Positions 1 through 8,456 of a stretch of DNA of 64,000 bases are shown one piece after another; within the stretch, counting starts at the first letter, position 1; every line of letters starts with the position of its first letter. The position numbers were made by a program, and so were the translations under genes. The notes below the pieces were generated by a model. The model made no database searches. It saw nothing but the letters and a program-made list of their open reading frames with translations, and was not told the DNA's origin. This DNA is from an uncultured Candidatus Saccharibacteria bacterium. Its GTDB lineage: Bacteria; Patescibacteriota; Doudnabacteria; UBA920. The DNA is taken from contig CAYTCJ010000001.1 of assembly GCA_964436545.1 (NCBI GenBank), positions 78,392 through 142,391 of the forward strand, given 5' to 3'.

Positions 1-1
1 G

Positions 2-883
2 TTGGACGACAGGGTGGTGGTGTTAACCGCCGATTTAGCCGAAAGTACTCGGGTAGAAGGTTTTGCCAAAAAATTTCCAGACAGGTTTATTGAATGCGGG
101 GTAGCGGAGCAAAATATGATGGGGGTGGCAGCCGGCTTGGCGCTTTATGGCAAAATTCCGTTTGTGGCTTCTTACGCGGTTTTTTCTCCGGGCAGAAATT
201 GGGATCAACTTAGAGTGAGCGTTTGTTATTCTAAAGCAAATGTAAAAATTGCCGGGGCGCATACCGGCGTATCGGTCGGTCCCGATGGCGCTACTCACCA
301 AGCTTTGGAAGATATTGCTATGGTAAGAGTTTTGCCGGACATTGTAGTGGTGGTGCCCTCTGATGCCATTGAAGCCAAAAAAGCCACTATGGCATTAGGC
401 ATAAAAGAAGGTCCGGCGTATGTTCGTTTAACTCGCGACAAAACTCCTTTAATTACCACAGTGGAAACCCCGTTTAAAGTGGGGAAGGCGGAAATTTTTA
501 AATCCGGTAATGATGTGGCCATTATTGCCTCCGGACCGGTGTTGTATAATGCGCTTTTGGCAGCACAGGAATTAGAAAAAGAAGGTATAAGTTGTATGGT
601 GGTAAATAATCACACTATTAAACCCATTGATACTCAAACCATTGTGGAGGTGGCTAAAAAATGCGGAGCAGTGGTAACAGTGGAGGAGCATCAAATTATG
701 GGTGGGTGTGGGAGCGCAGTGTGTGAAGTTTTGGCACAAAATTATCCGGTGCCAGTGGAAATGGTGGGCATGAATGACACTTTTGGAGAGAGCGGTAAAC
801 CGAATGAGTTAATAGAAAAATATGGAATGGGAAAATATGCTATAATAAATAAAGTAAAACAAGTACTAAAACGAAAAAAATGA
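2..883 (+). CDS. tkt: Transketolase C-terminal section (pyrimidine-binding and C-terminal domains), 5'-partial at window edge
   Basis: ORF translation matches the transketolase C-terminal half (ECGVAEQNMMGVAAGLA, TGVSVGPDGATHQALEDIA); the N-terminal end runs off the window. Confidence 0.8.
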   Translation: MDDRVVVLTADLAESTRVEGFAKKFPDRFIECGVAEQNMMGVAAGLALYGKIPFVASYAVFSPGRNWDQLRVSVCYSKANVKIAGAHTGVSVGPDGATHQALEDIAMVRVLPDIVVVVPSDAIEAKKATMALGIKEGPAYVRLTRDKTPLITTVETPFKVGKAEIFKSGNDVAIIASGPVLYNALLAAQELEKEGISCMVVNNHTIKPIDTQTIVEVAKKCGAVVTVEEHQIMGGCGSAVCEVLAQNYPVPVEMVGMNDTFGESGKPNELIEKYGMGKYAIINKVKQVLKRKK

Positions 884-1335
884 AACAAAAACATTATTAT
901 CAAGGCTTTACCCTCATAGAACTCCTGGTAGTAATTGCCATTATTGGCCTGTTAGCGAGTGTGGTGTTAGTGAGTTTAAATTCGGCTCGGAAAAAAGCGA
1001 GGGAGACTAAACGACTTGCAGACATAAAACAACTTCAAACTGCTCTGGAATTGTATTATGATGCCAATAATGCTTATCCACCAGATGGTGGATATCCTTT
1101 CTCCGACACAACTAATTCTGTAATTGCAGGTCCTACCAAGGCTTTGGGTCCTTATTTAAGCAAAATCCCAAATGATCCATTGTATGGAACGGGATGGGCA
1201 TCTTACCATTATGTTGGAAATACGACAGAGTATGGGATTTATTATTGTCGGGAAATTGCAACGCCAAGCTGTTGTTATGTAAGATCAGCAAATGGACCAG
1301 ATTCGGGTTGGTGGGGAGTTTCGGCTTGTCCATAA
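880..1335 (+). CDS. Type IV pilin-like / pseudopilin with class III (prepilin peptidase) signal
   Basis: N-terminus MKQKHYYQG|[20 protein letters not shown] is the canonical G-F-T-L-I-E prepilin cleavage and methylation motif; start overlaps the tkt stop (ATGA). Confidence 0.75.
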   Translation: MKQKHYYQGFTLIELLVVIAIIGLLASVVLVSLNSARKKARETKRLADIKQLQTALELYYDANNAYPPDGGYPFSDTTNSVIAGPTKALGPYLSKIPNDPLYGTGWASYHYVGNTTEYGIYYCREIATPSCCYVRSANGPDSGWWGVSACP

Positions 1336-1347
1336 AAATATTATTAA

Positions 1348-1953
1348 ATGATAAAAAATAATAAAAACCAATCCTTAACGGGCTTCACCCCAGTTAGAGC
1401 TTTAAAAAGTTTGATGCAAAATTTTAAAAAAAGTATTTTATCAAATCCGGTTTTTCAATATAAATCACCAACGGTAGCTCTAACGGGGTTCACCCTCATA
1501 GAACTTTTGGTTGTAATTGCCATTATTGGCCTGTTGGCGAGTGTGGTGCTCGTAAGTTTAAACACGGCTCGAACCAAAGCACGAGATACCAAAAGAAAAG
1601 CAGATTTAAAGCAACTCCAAACAGCTACAGAATTAAGATTTGATGCGGTAAATGATTATCCGGCTTCGGCAGGATGGTTTAGTAATCCCGGACACGGTGG
1701 ACTTGATGCTGCTTTAGTTCCTACATATGTGAGTAAGGTTTCAGATGACCCAATAAACACTGGTAGTAATATTTATATGTATTGGCGAAAAGATACTGTT
1801 GCTTATGGCTGTTTAACAAATTTAGGAGCAGACAAGTTTGCGTATTATGCGAAATTAGAAAATCCTACTGCTGAAGACCAAGCTACAATTTCTGACTCTT
1901 TTGATATATGTGTAAGAAACACATGGGGTATGAATTATAAAGTTGGACATTAA
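1348..1953 (+). CDS. Type IV pilin-like protein (paralog 2); start codon uncertain (alternative ATG near 1414)
   Basis: Contains [23 protein letters not shown] plus an upstream degenerate copy LTGFTPV; N-terminal nucleotide sequence about 85% identical to the neighbouring pilin genes. Confidence 0.65.
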   Translation: MIKNNKNQSLTGFTPVRALKSLMQNFKKSILSNPVFQYKSPTVALTGFTLIELLVVIAIIGLLASVVLVSLNTARTKARDTKRKADLKQLQTATELRFDAVNDYPASAGWFSNPGHGGLDAALVPTYVSKVSDDPINTGSNIYMYWRKDTVAYGCLTNLGADKFAYYAKLENPTAEDQATISDSFDICVRNTWGMNYKVGH

Positions 1954-1955
1954 TT

Positions 1956-2465
1956 ATGAAAAATAATAAAGGATTTACCCTTATTGAACTTCTAGTAGTT
2001 ATTGCCATCATTGGCCTATTGGCCAGTGTGGTGCTCGTAAGTTTAAATTCGGCCCGAGCTAAAGCGAGAGATGCCAAAAAAATATCTGACTTTGCTCAAA
2101 TTAGTAAAGCTATTCAATTATATTACGACAAGAATAACACTGTGCCACCGAATTTAGTCAACGGAAATGAATCTTGTGAGTTTGTCACTAACACAACTCA
2201 GTATGTTCAAACCATGCAAAATTTTGTTTCAGCCGGTTTTCTCTCCAGTGTTCCCAAGAGCCCGGGGACACAGGGTTATAATAGGGGATACTGCTATTTT
2301 GATTATGGGCCTAACAATAACATAGGAGTTTTGTTAGTTACTCAGCTAGAAAGCGCCACCCCATCTACCACCGGACTTTCACCTTCTTGCAGACCTTGGG
2401 CTTCCGGCACAAATTGGTGTGATCAATCTATAAATAATTATTATTGTTTATGCGTCCCCTATTAA
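1956..2465 (+). CDS. Type IV pilin-like protein (paralog 3)
   Basis: MKNNKG|[20 protein letters not shown] prepilin motif; variable Cys-containing C-terminal domain. Confidence 0.75.
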   Translation: MKNNKGFTLIELLVVIAIIGLLASVVLVSLNSARAKARDAKKISDFAQISKAIQLYYDKNNTVPPNLVNGNESCEFVTNTTQYVQTMQNFVSAGFLSSVPKSPGTQGYNRGYCYFDYGPNNNIGVLLVTQLESATPSTTGLSPSCRPWASGTNWCDQSINNYYCLCVPY

Positions 2466-3001
2466 AAAAAATTATTTTACAATCAAAATTGTATAAGTCT
2501 AACAGTGGTTTTACTCTCATAGAACTCCTTGTAGTTATTGCCATTATTGGTCTGTTGGCCAGTGTGGTGCTTGTAAGTTTAAATTCCACTCGAAAAAAAG
2601 CCAGAGATGTTAAACGATTGGCGGATATTAATCAAATCCAAAAAGCTCTGGCGCTCTATTACGATGCCAATGGTCAGTACCCAGCGCCTACGAGTGATGC
2701 CAGCTGTGGTGGATACGATACCACGGCTGACGGAACATTTTTATCGGTTTTAAGAACCGCCGGTTATTTAAGTAAAGATGTTTTAGATCCATCGATTAAT
2801 AGCAGTTGCCAGAATTATAAATATTATAGATATTCAGCGGGTGATAGCGGATGCGATGCCAATAAAGGCGCTTTTTATGTAATTGGAGTGGTGGATATGG
2901 AAACCAGTAGTGGCGCACATCCCGACAATCCTGGATTTTCCTGCACCGGGAGAAATTGGACAGGTGAATTTGAATGGGTAACCGGACAGTATGAAAAATA
3001 A
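2444..3001 (+). CDS. Type IV pilin-like protein (paralog 4); likely real start at TTG near 2495
   Basis: SNSG|[20 protein letters not shown] motif; C-terminal domain has several Cys. Confidence 0.65.
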   Translation: MFMRPLLKKIILQSKLYKSNSGFTLIELLVVIAIIGLLASVVLVSLNSTRKKARDVKRLADINQIQKALALYYDANGQYPAPTSDASCGGYDTTADGTFLSVLRTAGYLSKDVLDPSINSSCQNYKYYRYSAGDSGCDANKGAFYVIGVVDMETSSGAHPDNPGFSCTGRNWTGEFEWVTGQYEK

Positions 3002-3067
3002 ATTTTTATAATTATTTGAATACTTTATTTATTTTAAGCTTTAGTGTTAAAGCTTCACGATTAATGT

Positions 3068-4087
3068 ATGTTGGATATTATTTCTATCGGCGACGCCACC
3101 ATTGATACATTTTTGTTTATTGATGATTTGGAAATTAAAAAAATTAATGGCCAAACCAAGGCGATTTTTAATTGGGGAGATAAATTACCGGTAAAAGAAC
3201 TTTATAAAACTGTGGCGGGTAATGCCGCCAATAACGCGGTGGGGAGTGCTCGGTTGGGTTTAAAGACCGCTTATTATACCGTCTTGGCGCACGATGTCGG
3301 CGGGAGAGAAATTATTCACAAAATGAAAAAGGAAGGCGTATCGGAGCGTTATATTGTAATCGATGAAAAACACAGCACTAATGCATCGTTTGTCATTTCT
3401 CATAAAGGCGAGAGAACTATTTTGGTTTATCACCAACATAGAAAGTATAAACTACCGCCTTTAGTTCCATCGAGATGGGTATATTTAACCAGTATGGGTG
3501 AGGGGTTTGAGTCTATTTATCCCGAGTTGTGCCAGTATATAGACAGATATCAGAGTAATTTGGGTTTTAATCCCGGCACGTTTATGCTCAGAGCGGGAGT
3601 TAAGGTGAACAAAGAAATTTTAAAGCGAACTACGTTGTTATCTGTTAATGTGGAAGAAGCGCAAAGTTGGGTGGGGGAGAATAATCGAGATCCGGAAATG
3701 CTGTGTAAAAAATTGTTCAATCTAGGCCCGAAAATTATTGCCCTTACCGATGGCCGAAGAGGGGCTTATTCCTATAGCGAGCAAGGGTTTTATTATGTAC
3801 CGGAATATCCCGGACCCAGAATAGAAGCCACGGGTGCGGGTGATGGTTTTACTACCGCTTATATTGCCGGGTTATTCTATGGGTTGCCACATGCTCAAGC
3901 ACTTAAGTGGGGTCCGGTAAATGCGGGAAGTGTGGTGCAAAAAATTGGACCGCAAGCCGGTTTACTAACCAAACAGGAAATTGCATTACAATTAAAAAAA
4001 TTAAAAAAATTTGAAACCATCAACATTACCGATGCCAAGAGTAAAAAACAGGTAATGGCTATGGTGGCAAAAAAGAAAGATACATAA
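3068..4087 (+). CDS. PfkB-family carbohydrate kinase (ribokinase/phosphofructokinase-like)
   Basis: PfkB signature GAGDGFTTAYIAGL near the C-terminus; N-terminal GDATIDTF; sits in a glycolytic gene cluster. Confidence 0.7.
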   Translation: MLDIISIGDATIDTFLFIDDLEIKKINGQTKAIFNWGDKLPVKELYKTVAGNAANNAVGSARLGLKTAYYTVLAHDVGGREIIHKMKKEGVSERYIVIDEKHSTNASFVISHKGERTILVYHQHRKYKLPPLVPSRWVYLTSMGEGFESIYPELCQYIDRYQSNLGFNPGTFMLRAGVKVNKEILKRTTLLSVNVEEAQSWVGENNRDPEMLCKKLFNLGPKIIALTDGRRGAYSYSEQGFYYVPEYPGPRIEATGAGDGFTTAYIAGLFYGLPHAQALKWGPVNAGSVVQKIGPQAGLLTKQEIALQLKKLKKFETINITDAKSKKQVMAMVAKKKDT

Positions 4088-4090
4088 TTT

Positions 4091-4306
4091 ATGAGTAACT
4101 TAGCAGGGAATAGCGTAGCTTCCCAAAACCCGATTTTTCGATTTTGCTTAATTGCCTTTTTAGGGAGTGTGGGTTTGGGCTTGGTATTGAGTTGGCGAGC
4201 TACCAGTTTTATTACTTCGGAATATCAAGAAATTCCTCAATCCGCCCGAATGGTAAAAATTAAAAATATGAATAAGTTAACTCAAGAAAATTTAAAAGAC
4301 AAATAA
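4091..4306 (+). CDS. Small hypothetical membrane protein
   Basis: 71-aa ORF with one hydrophobic segment filling the gap between the PfkB kinase gene and gap; no recognisable family. Confidence 0.25.
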   Translation: MSNLAGNSVASQNPIFRFCLIAFLGSVGLGLVLSWRATSFITSEYQEIPQSARMVKIKNMNKLTQENLKDK

Positions 4307-4313
4307 TTTTTAT

Positions 4314-5339
4314 ATGGCACAACACATTAAAATTGGAATCAATGGGTTTGGAAGAATTGGCAGGCAGGCGTTTAAAATCGCTCTCGGTAAGCCGGAAATT
4401 GAAGTGGTGGGGATAAACGATTTGTCACCCACTTCGGTTTTGGCGCATTTGCTGAAATACGATAGTAATTACGGCCGGTTTGGTTTGGAAGTGAGTTTTG
4501 ACGAAACAAATTTAATTGTAGCGGGTAAAAAATATCCGGTAGTTGCAGAAAAAGAACCGGAAAAATTACCTTGGGGCAAACTGGGGGTAGACGTAGTTTT
4601 AGAATGTACTGGCCGGTTTACAGATAGTGAAAAAGCAGGAGCTCATTTGAAGGCTGGGGCAAAAAAAGTGATTATCTCCGCTCCGGCAAAAGACGAAGGT
4701 GTAACCCCCACCATTGTTTTAGGGGTGAATCACGACAAATACAAAGGCGAAAATATCATTAGCAATGCTTCTTGCACGACCAATTGCATTGCGCCGGTTT
4801 TAGATGTGCTAAATAAAAAATTCGGTGTGGAAAAAGCTTTTATGTCCACTATTCATAGTTATACCGCGGAACAGAATTTGGTAGATGGTCCGCCACCCGG
4901 AGGCAAATCCAATGACTTAAGAAGAGCTCGGGCGGCTGCCATCAACATTATTCCCACTACGACTGGCGCTGCCATTTCCGCCACCGAAGCCATTCCATCG
5001 CTCAAGGGCAAATTTGATGGTGTGGCGTTTAGAGTCCCAACGCCTGTTGGTTCATTATCGGATTTTACAGTTTTACTTAAAACTAATGTTACTAAAGAGC
5101 AGGTGAACCAGGCCTTTATTGAGGCTTCGAAAAATTCCCATTATCAAGGATACTTGGAAGTTTCTACGGAACCTTTGGTGCTTAGCGATATTGTGGGCGA
5201 CCCGGCCTCTTCGATTGTAGATTTGTCTTTAACTCAAGTGGTAGATGGCAATTTTATAAAAGTGGTGGCTTGGTATGACAACGAGTTTGGCTATAGTAAT
5301 CGGTTGGTAGAGGAAGTAATTTTAATACAGCGACACTAA
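4314..5339 (+). CDS. gap: Glyceraldehyde-3-phosphate dehydrogenase (type I)
   Basis: IGINGFGRIGR NAD-binding motif and the active-site SNASCTTNCIAP segment. Confidence 0.95.
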   Translation: MAQHIKIGINGFGRIGRQAFKIALGKPEIEVVGINDLSPTSVLAHLLKYDSNYGRFGLEVSFDETNLIVAGKKYPVVAEKEPEKLPWGKLGVDVVLECTGRFTDSEKAGAHLKAGAKKVIISAPAKDEGVTPTIVLGVNHDKYKGENIISNASCTTNCIAPVLDVLNKKFGVEKAFMSTIHSYTAEQNLVDGPPPGGKSNDLRRARAAAINIIPTTTGAAISATEAIPSLKGKFDGVAFRVPTPVGSLSDFTVLLKTNVTKEQVNQAFIEASKNSHYQGYLEVSTEPLVLSDIVGDPASSIVDLSLTQVVDGNFIKVVAWYDNEFGYSNRLVEEVILIQRH

Positions 5340-5357
5340 TATGCCAATAGCACGCTA

Positions 5358-5735
5358 ATGACGCTAATAATAGAACCACAATTATCCTTTAAGATTACAG
5401 GGTTGTGTTTTAAGGTTCATAATAAACTTGGCAGATTTGCAAGCGAAAGACAATATTGTGATGAATTAGAAAAGTTGTTCATAGAAACCGGATTGAGTTA
5501 TGAAAGAGAATGTGATATTAAAACCTTAGTCCCAGATTCCCCAAAAGGTAATAGAGTAGATTTTTTAATTGAAAAGCGAATACTGTTAGACGCAAAGGCT
5601 AAAAAGTTTGTGACCAAAGAAGACTATTTACAAATGATTCGTTATTTAGAGGCATCAAAACTGAAACTCGGATTAATTGTAAATTTTAGAAATACTTATA
5701 TTAAACCGAAGCGTGTAATTAATAGTAAAATTTAA
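5358..5735 (+). CDS. GxxExxY family protein (PD-(D/E)xK nuclease-like small protein)
   Basis: 125 aa with the typical C-terminal YLQMIRYLEASKLKLGLIVNF pattern and central DFLIEKRILLDAKA of the GxxExxY / TIGR04256-like family. Confidence 0.6.
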   Translation: MTLIIEPQLSFKITGLCFKVHNKLGRFASERQYCDELEKLFIETGLSYERECDIKTLVPDSPKGNRVDFLIEKRILLDAKAKKFVTKEDYLQMIRYLEASKLKLGLIVNFRNTYIKPKRVINSKI

Positions 5736-5779
5736 TTAGCGTTATTCGCGTGATGAATTTGTAATTTCGTGTCGCCTGT

Positions 5780-7009
5780 ATGATTAAATATTTAAGAACA
5801 TCAGTCATAAAGCATAAAACCGTAATTTTACGGCCGGATTTAAATTGTCCCATAAAAAATGGACGTGTAAGCGATGATTTTAGAATTCGGCAGAGTTTAC
5901 CCACCATTCAAGCATTAAGAGACCAAGGTAATAAGCTAATTATTTGCGGGCATTTGGGTCGGCCTAAAGGTGAGTGGCAAGCCGAATATAGTTTTGCTCC
6001 GGTGGCTAAACAACTGGCGGAGTTATTAAATTTAAAATTTGTCCAAACCGATGGCACTTTGCCCGATTATCAGATTCCGCATTTAATTTTTTTCACCGGC
6101 AATTTAACCAGTGATCAAAGCCTCAGTCAAGTTAAACAGAGTTCCGGTAAAGATGTGGTGTTTTTGGAAAATTTAAGATTTTATCCGCAAGAAGAAAAAA
6201 ATGATCCTCAATTTGCCAAACGTTTAGCCACTTTAGGTGAAGTGTTTGTTTTAGATGGTTTTGGAGTAGTGCATCATCCGGCGGTTTCGGTAACGGGTTT
6301 GGCGGAACACTTGCCCGCTTACTGCGGATTGTTATTGGAAAAAGAAATTAAGGCTTTAGATATGGTGTTAAAGCATGCCAAAAAACCTTTGGTGGTTATG
6401 ACAGGCGGGGTTAAGCTTTCCGAAAAAGTGGGCGCTTTGGAAAATTTGGGTAAAACCGCCAATAAAATTTTAGTGGGCGGGGGAGTGGCCAATTTAATGT
6501 TTAAGGTAAAAGGCTATGAAGTCGGTGTGTCTAAATTGGAAGAAGCTCAAACGCAAACCGCGTGGCACATTTTACAAAACTTTAAAGATAAATTAGTTTT
6601 GCCGGTAGATGTAGTGGTGGCTAATGCCAACATGGATAAACAGTCAATTCGCGTGTGCAGTCCGCACGAGGTTGGCCCCAATGAACAAATTTTAGATGCC
6701 GGACCCAAAACGATTATGGAATTTTCCAAAGTCATTAAAACTGCCAAAACTTTAGTCTGGAGCGGACCTTTGGGATTGTATGAAAAATCGCCTTTTCATC
6801 ATGCGACGTTTGCTTTGGCGCGCTTAATTGGTGGGCGGGGCAAAGGCAAGGCTTTTGTGGTGGTCGGGGGCGGGGATACGGTTGATGCTGTAAGGCAATC
6901 TCAGCAATTTGAACATATTGATCATGTCTCCACCGGCGGAGGCGCGATGCTGGAATATTTGGCCGGAGAAAAATTAGCCGGCATTGAAGCTTTAAAAAAA
7001 CATGATTAG
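5780..7009 (+). CDS. pgk: Phosphoglycerate kinase
   Basis: N-terminal RPDLNCPIKNGRVSDDFRIRQSLPTI and C-terminal GGGDTVDAV...STGGGAMLE motifs. Confidence 0.95.
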   Translation: MIKYLRTSVIKHKTVILRPDLNCPIKNGRVSDDFRIRQSLPTIQALRDQGNKLIICGHLGRPKGEWQAEYSFAPVAKQLAELLNLKFVQTDGTLPDYQIPHLIFFTGNLTSDQSLSQVKQSSGKDVVFLENLRFYPQEEKNDPQFAKRLATLGEVFVLDGFGVVHHPAVSVTGLAEHLPAYCGLLLEKEIKALDMVLKHAKKPLVVMTGGVKLSEKVGALENLGKTANKILVGGGVANLMFKVKGYEVGVSKLEEAQTQTAWHILQNFKDKLVLPVDVVVANANMDKQSIRVCSPHEVGPNEQILDAGPKTIMEFSKVIKTAKTLVWSGPLGLYEKSPFHHATFALARLIGGRGKGKAFVVVGGGDTVDAVRQSQQFEHIDHVSTGGGAMLEYLAGEKLAGIEALKKHD

Positions 7010-7011
7010 GT

Positions 7012-8418
7012 ATGGCACAGCATCAGCAAAAATTAAAACAAGTTGTAGAGCGGATTCGGTTTTTGTCATCTAATCAAGAAAAAGCGTATGTTTACCACGG
7101 GTCTACCAATACCACCCGAGCTTTGAAGTTTAAAAAAAATCACGTTGTGGATTTAAGTGATTTTGGCAATATTTTGGACATTGATGTGCAAAGTCAAACG
7201 GTAATTTGTGAGCCCAATGTGCCTATGGATAGGTTAGTGGAGGCGACTTTAAAGTATGGTTTAGTACCGCCGGTAGTTATGGAATTTCCCGGTATTACCG
7301 TGGGCGGGGGGATTTCCGGAGGAGCCGGAGAAAGCAGTTCGTTTAAACATGGTTTGTTCCATAATACGGTATTGGAAATGGAAATTGTGTTAGGTAATGG
7401 GGAAGTCGTTAAGGCTTCGCGAGAACAACATTCGGATTTATTTTGGGGAGTGGCGGGCGCTCTGGGTACTTTGGGGATAATTACCCAAGTTAAATTAAAA
7501 TTAATCTCTGCGAAAAAATTTGTTAAGGTGGAATATCAAACCGTTAAAAATTTTAGTCAAATGCAGGAAGTGTTAACGAGTTATGCCAAAACCACAGAAT
7601 ATGATTTTATGGAAGGGATTATGTACACTGCCAAATTGGGCGTTGTAATTTTGGGAAAGATGACCGATATTAGTGAGAAACCGGAAGTAATTGGTTTAAA
7701 TAAATCTTGGGGGAGGTGGTATTATAAGCATATTCAGTTTAGATTAAAAAATAAAATTTTTTGCGATTATTTCCCTTTGAGGGATTTTTTATTTCGTTAC
7801 GACAGAGGGGCTTTTTGGATGGGAGAGTATTTTTTTAAATTATTTCATTTGCCTGCCAATCGCCTAACTAAATGGATTTTTAATGCTTGGCTAAACACTC
7901 GGGCATTGTATCGCGCTTTGCATTCCGCCAATTTGGCGCAAAAATATATTATTCAAGATTTATGTTTACCGGCGTCAAAGGTGTGGGAGTTTTGTAAATT
8001 TTTGGAGAAACATTATAAAATTTACCCGTTGTGGTTTATTCCCTTAAAACCGGAAAGTCAACCGTGTCAATTATCCTTTGCCAATTTACCCGGCGAAGCT
8101 TTAGTGAGTATCGGAGTGTATGGCACGAGTGGTTTAATTAATCGGCGGGAATTGAAGAAAAATATTTTATTAAGTCAAAAATTGCAAAGTTTAGGCGGGA
8201 GAAAATGGTTTTATGCGACTAACTATTATTCCCGAACAGAGTTTTGGAAAATTTATAATCTTAAATGGTACGGTAGAATGCGAACCAAATATTCCGCCAA
8301 AAATTTATTTCCCGATATTTTTACTAAACTCACCACCAATGTTCAGAGTAAACCGGAAATTTTTAAAGGGTTTTTTAGGTTTTTGTTACACAAGAAGTAT
8401 TTAAAACTAAAAAGTTAA
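7012..8418 (+). CDS. FAD-binding (PCMH-type) oxidoreductase, DHCR24/Diminuto-like
   Basis: Collinear similarity to 24-dehydrocholesterol reductase: GITVGGGISGGAGESSSFKHGLF, DLFWGVAGALGTLGII, KSWGRWYYKHIQ, IYPLWFIPL. Confidence 0.7.
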   Translation: MAQHQQKLKQVVERIRFLSSNQEKAYVYHGSTNTTRALKFKKNHVVDLSDFGNILDIDVQSQTVICEPNVPMDRLVEATLKYGLVPPVVMEFPGITVGGGISGGAGESSSFKHGLFHNTVLEMEIVLGNGEVVKASREQHSDLFWGVAGALGTLGIITQVKLKLISAKKFVKVEYQTVKNFSQMQEVLTSYAKTTEYDFMEGIMYTAKLGVVILGKMTDISEKPEVIGLNKSWGRWYYKHIQFRLKNKIFCDYFPLRDFLFRYDRGAFWMGEYFFKLFHLPANRLTKWIFNAWLNTRALYRALHSANLAQKYIIQDLCLPASKVWEFCKFLEKHYKIYPLWFIPLKPESQPCQLSFANLPGEALVSIGVYGTSGLINRRELKKNILLSQKLQSLGGRKWFYATNYYSRTEFWKIYNLKWYGRMRTKYSAKNLFPDIFTKLTTNVQSKPEIFKGFFRFLLHKKYLKLKS

Positions 8419-8448
8419 ATATGGTATAATTAATTAGTCCCATAAAAG
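8419..8448 (+). promoter_or_regulatory. Extended -10 promoter (TAAATATGGTATAATTAAT) upstream of gpmI
   Basis: TGGTATAAT matches TGnTATAAT; an identical 19-mer recurs at 21862. Confidence 0.5.
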
Positions 8449-8456
8449 GGCTAATT

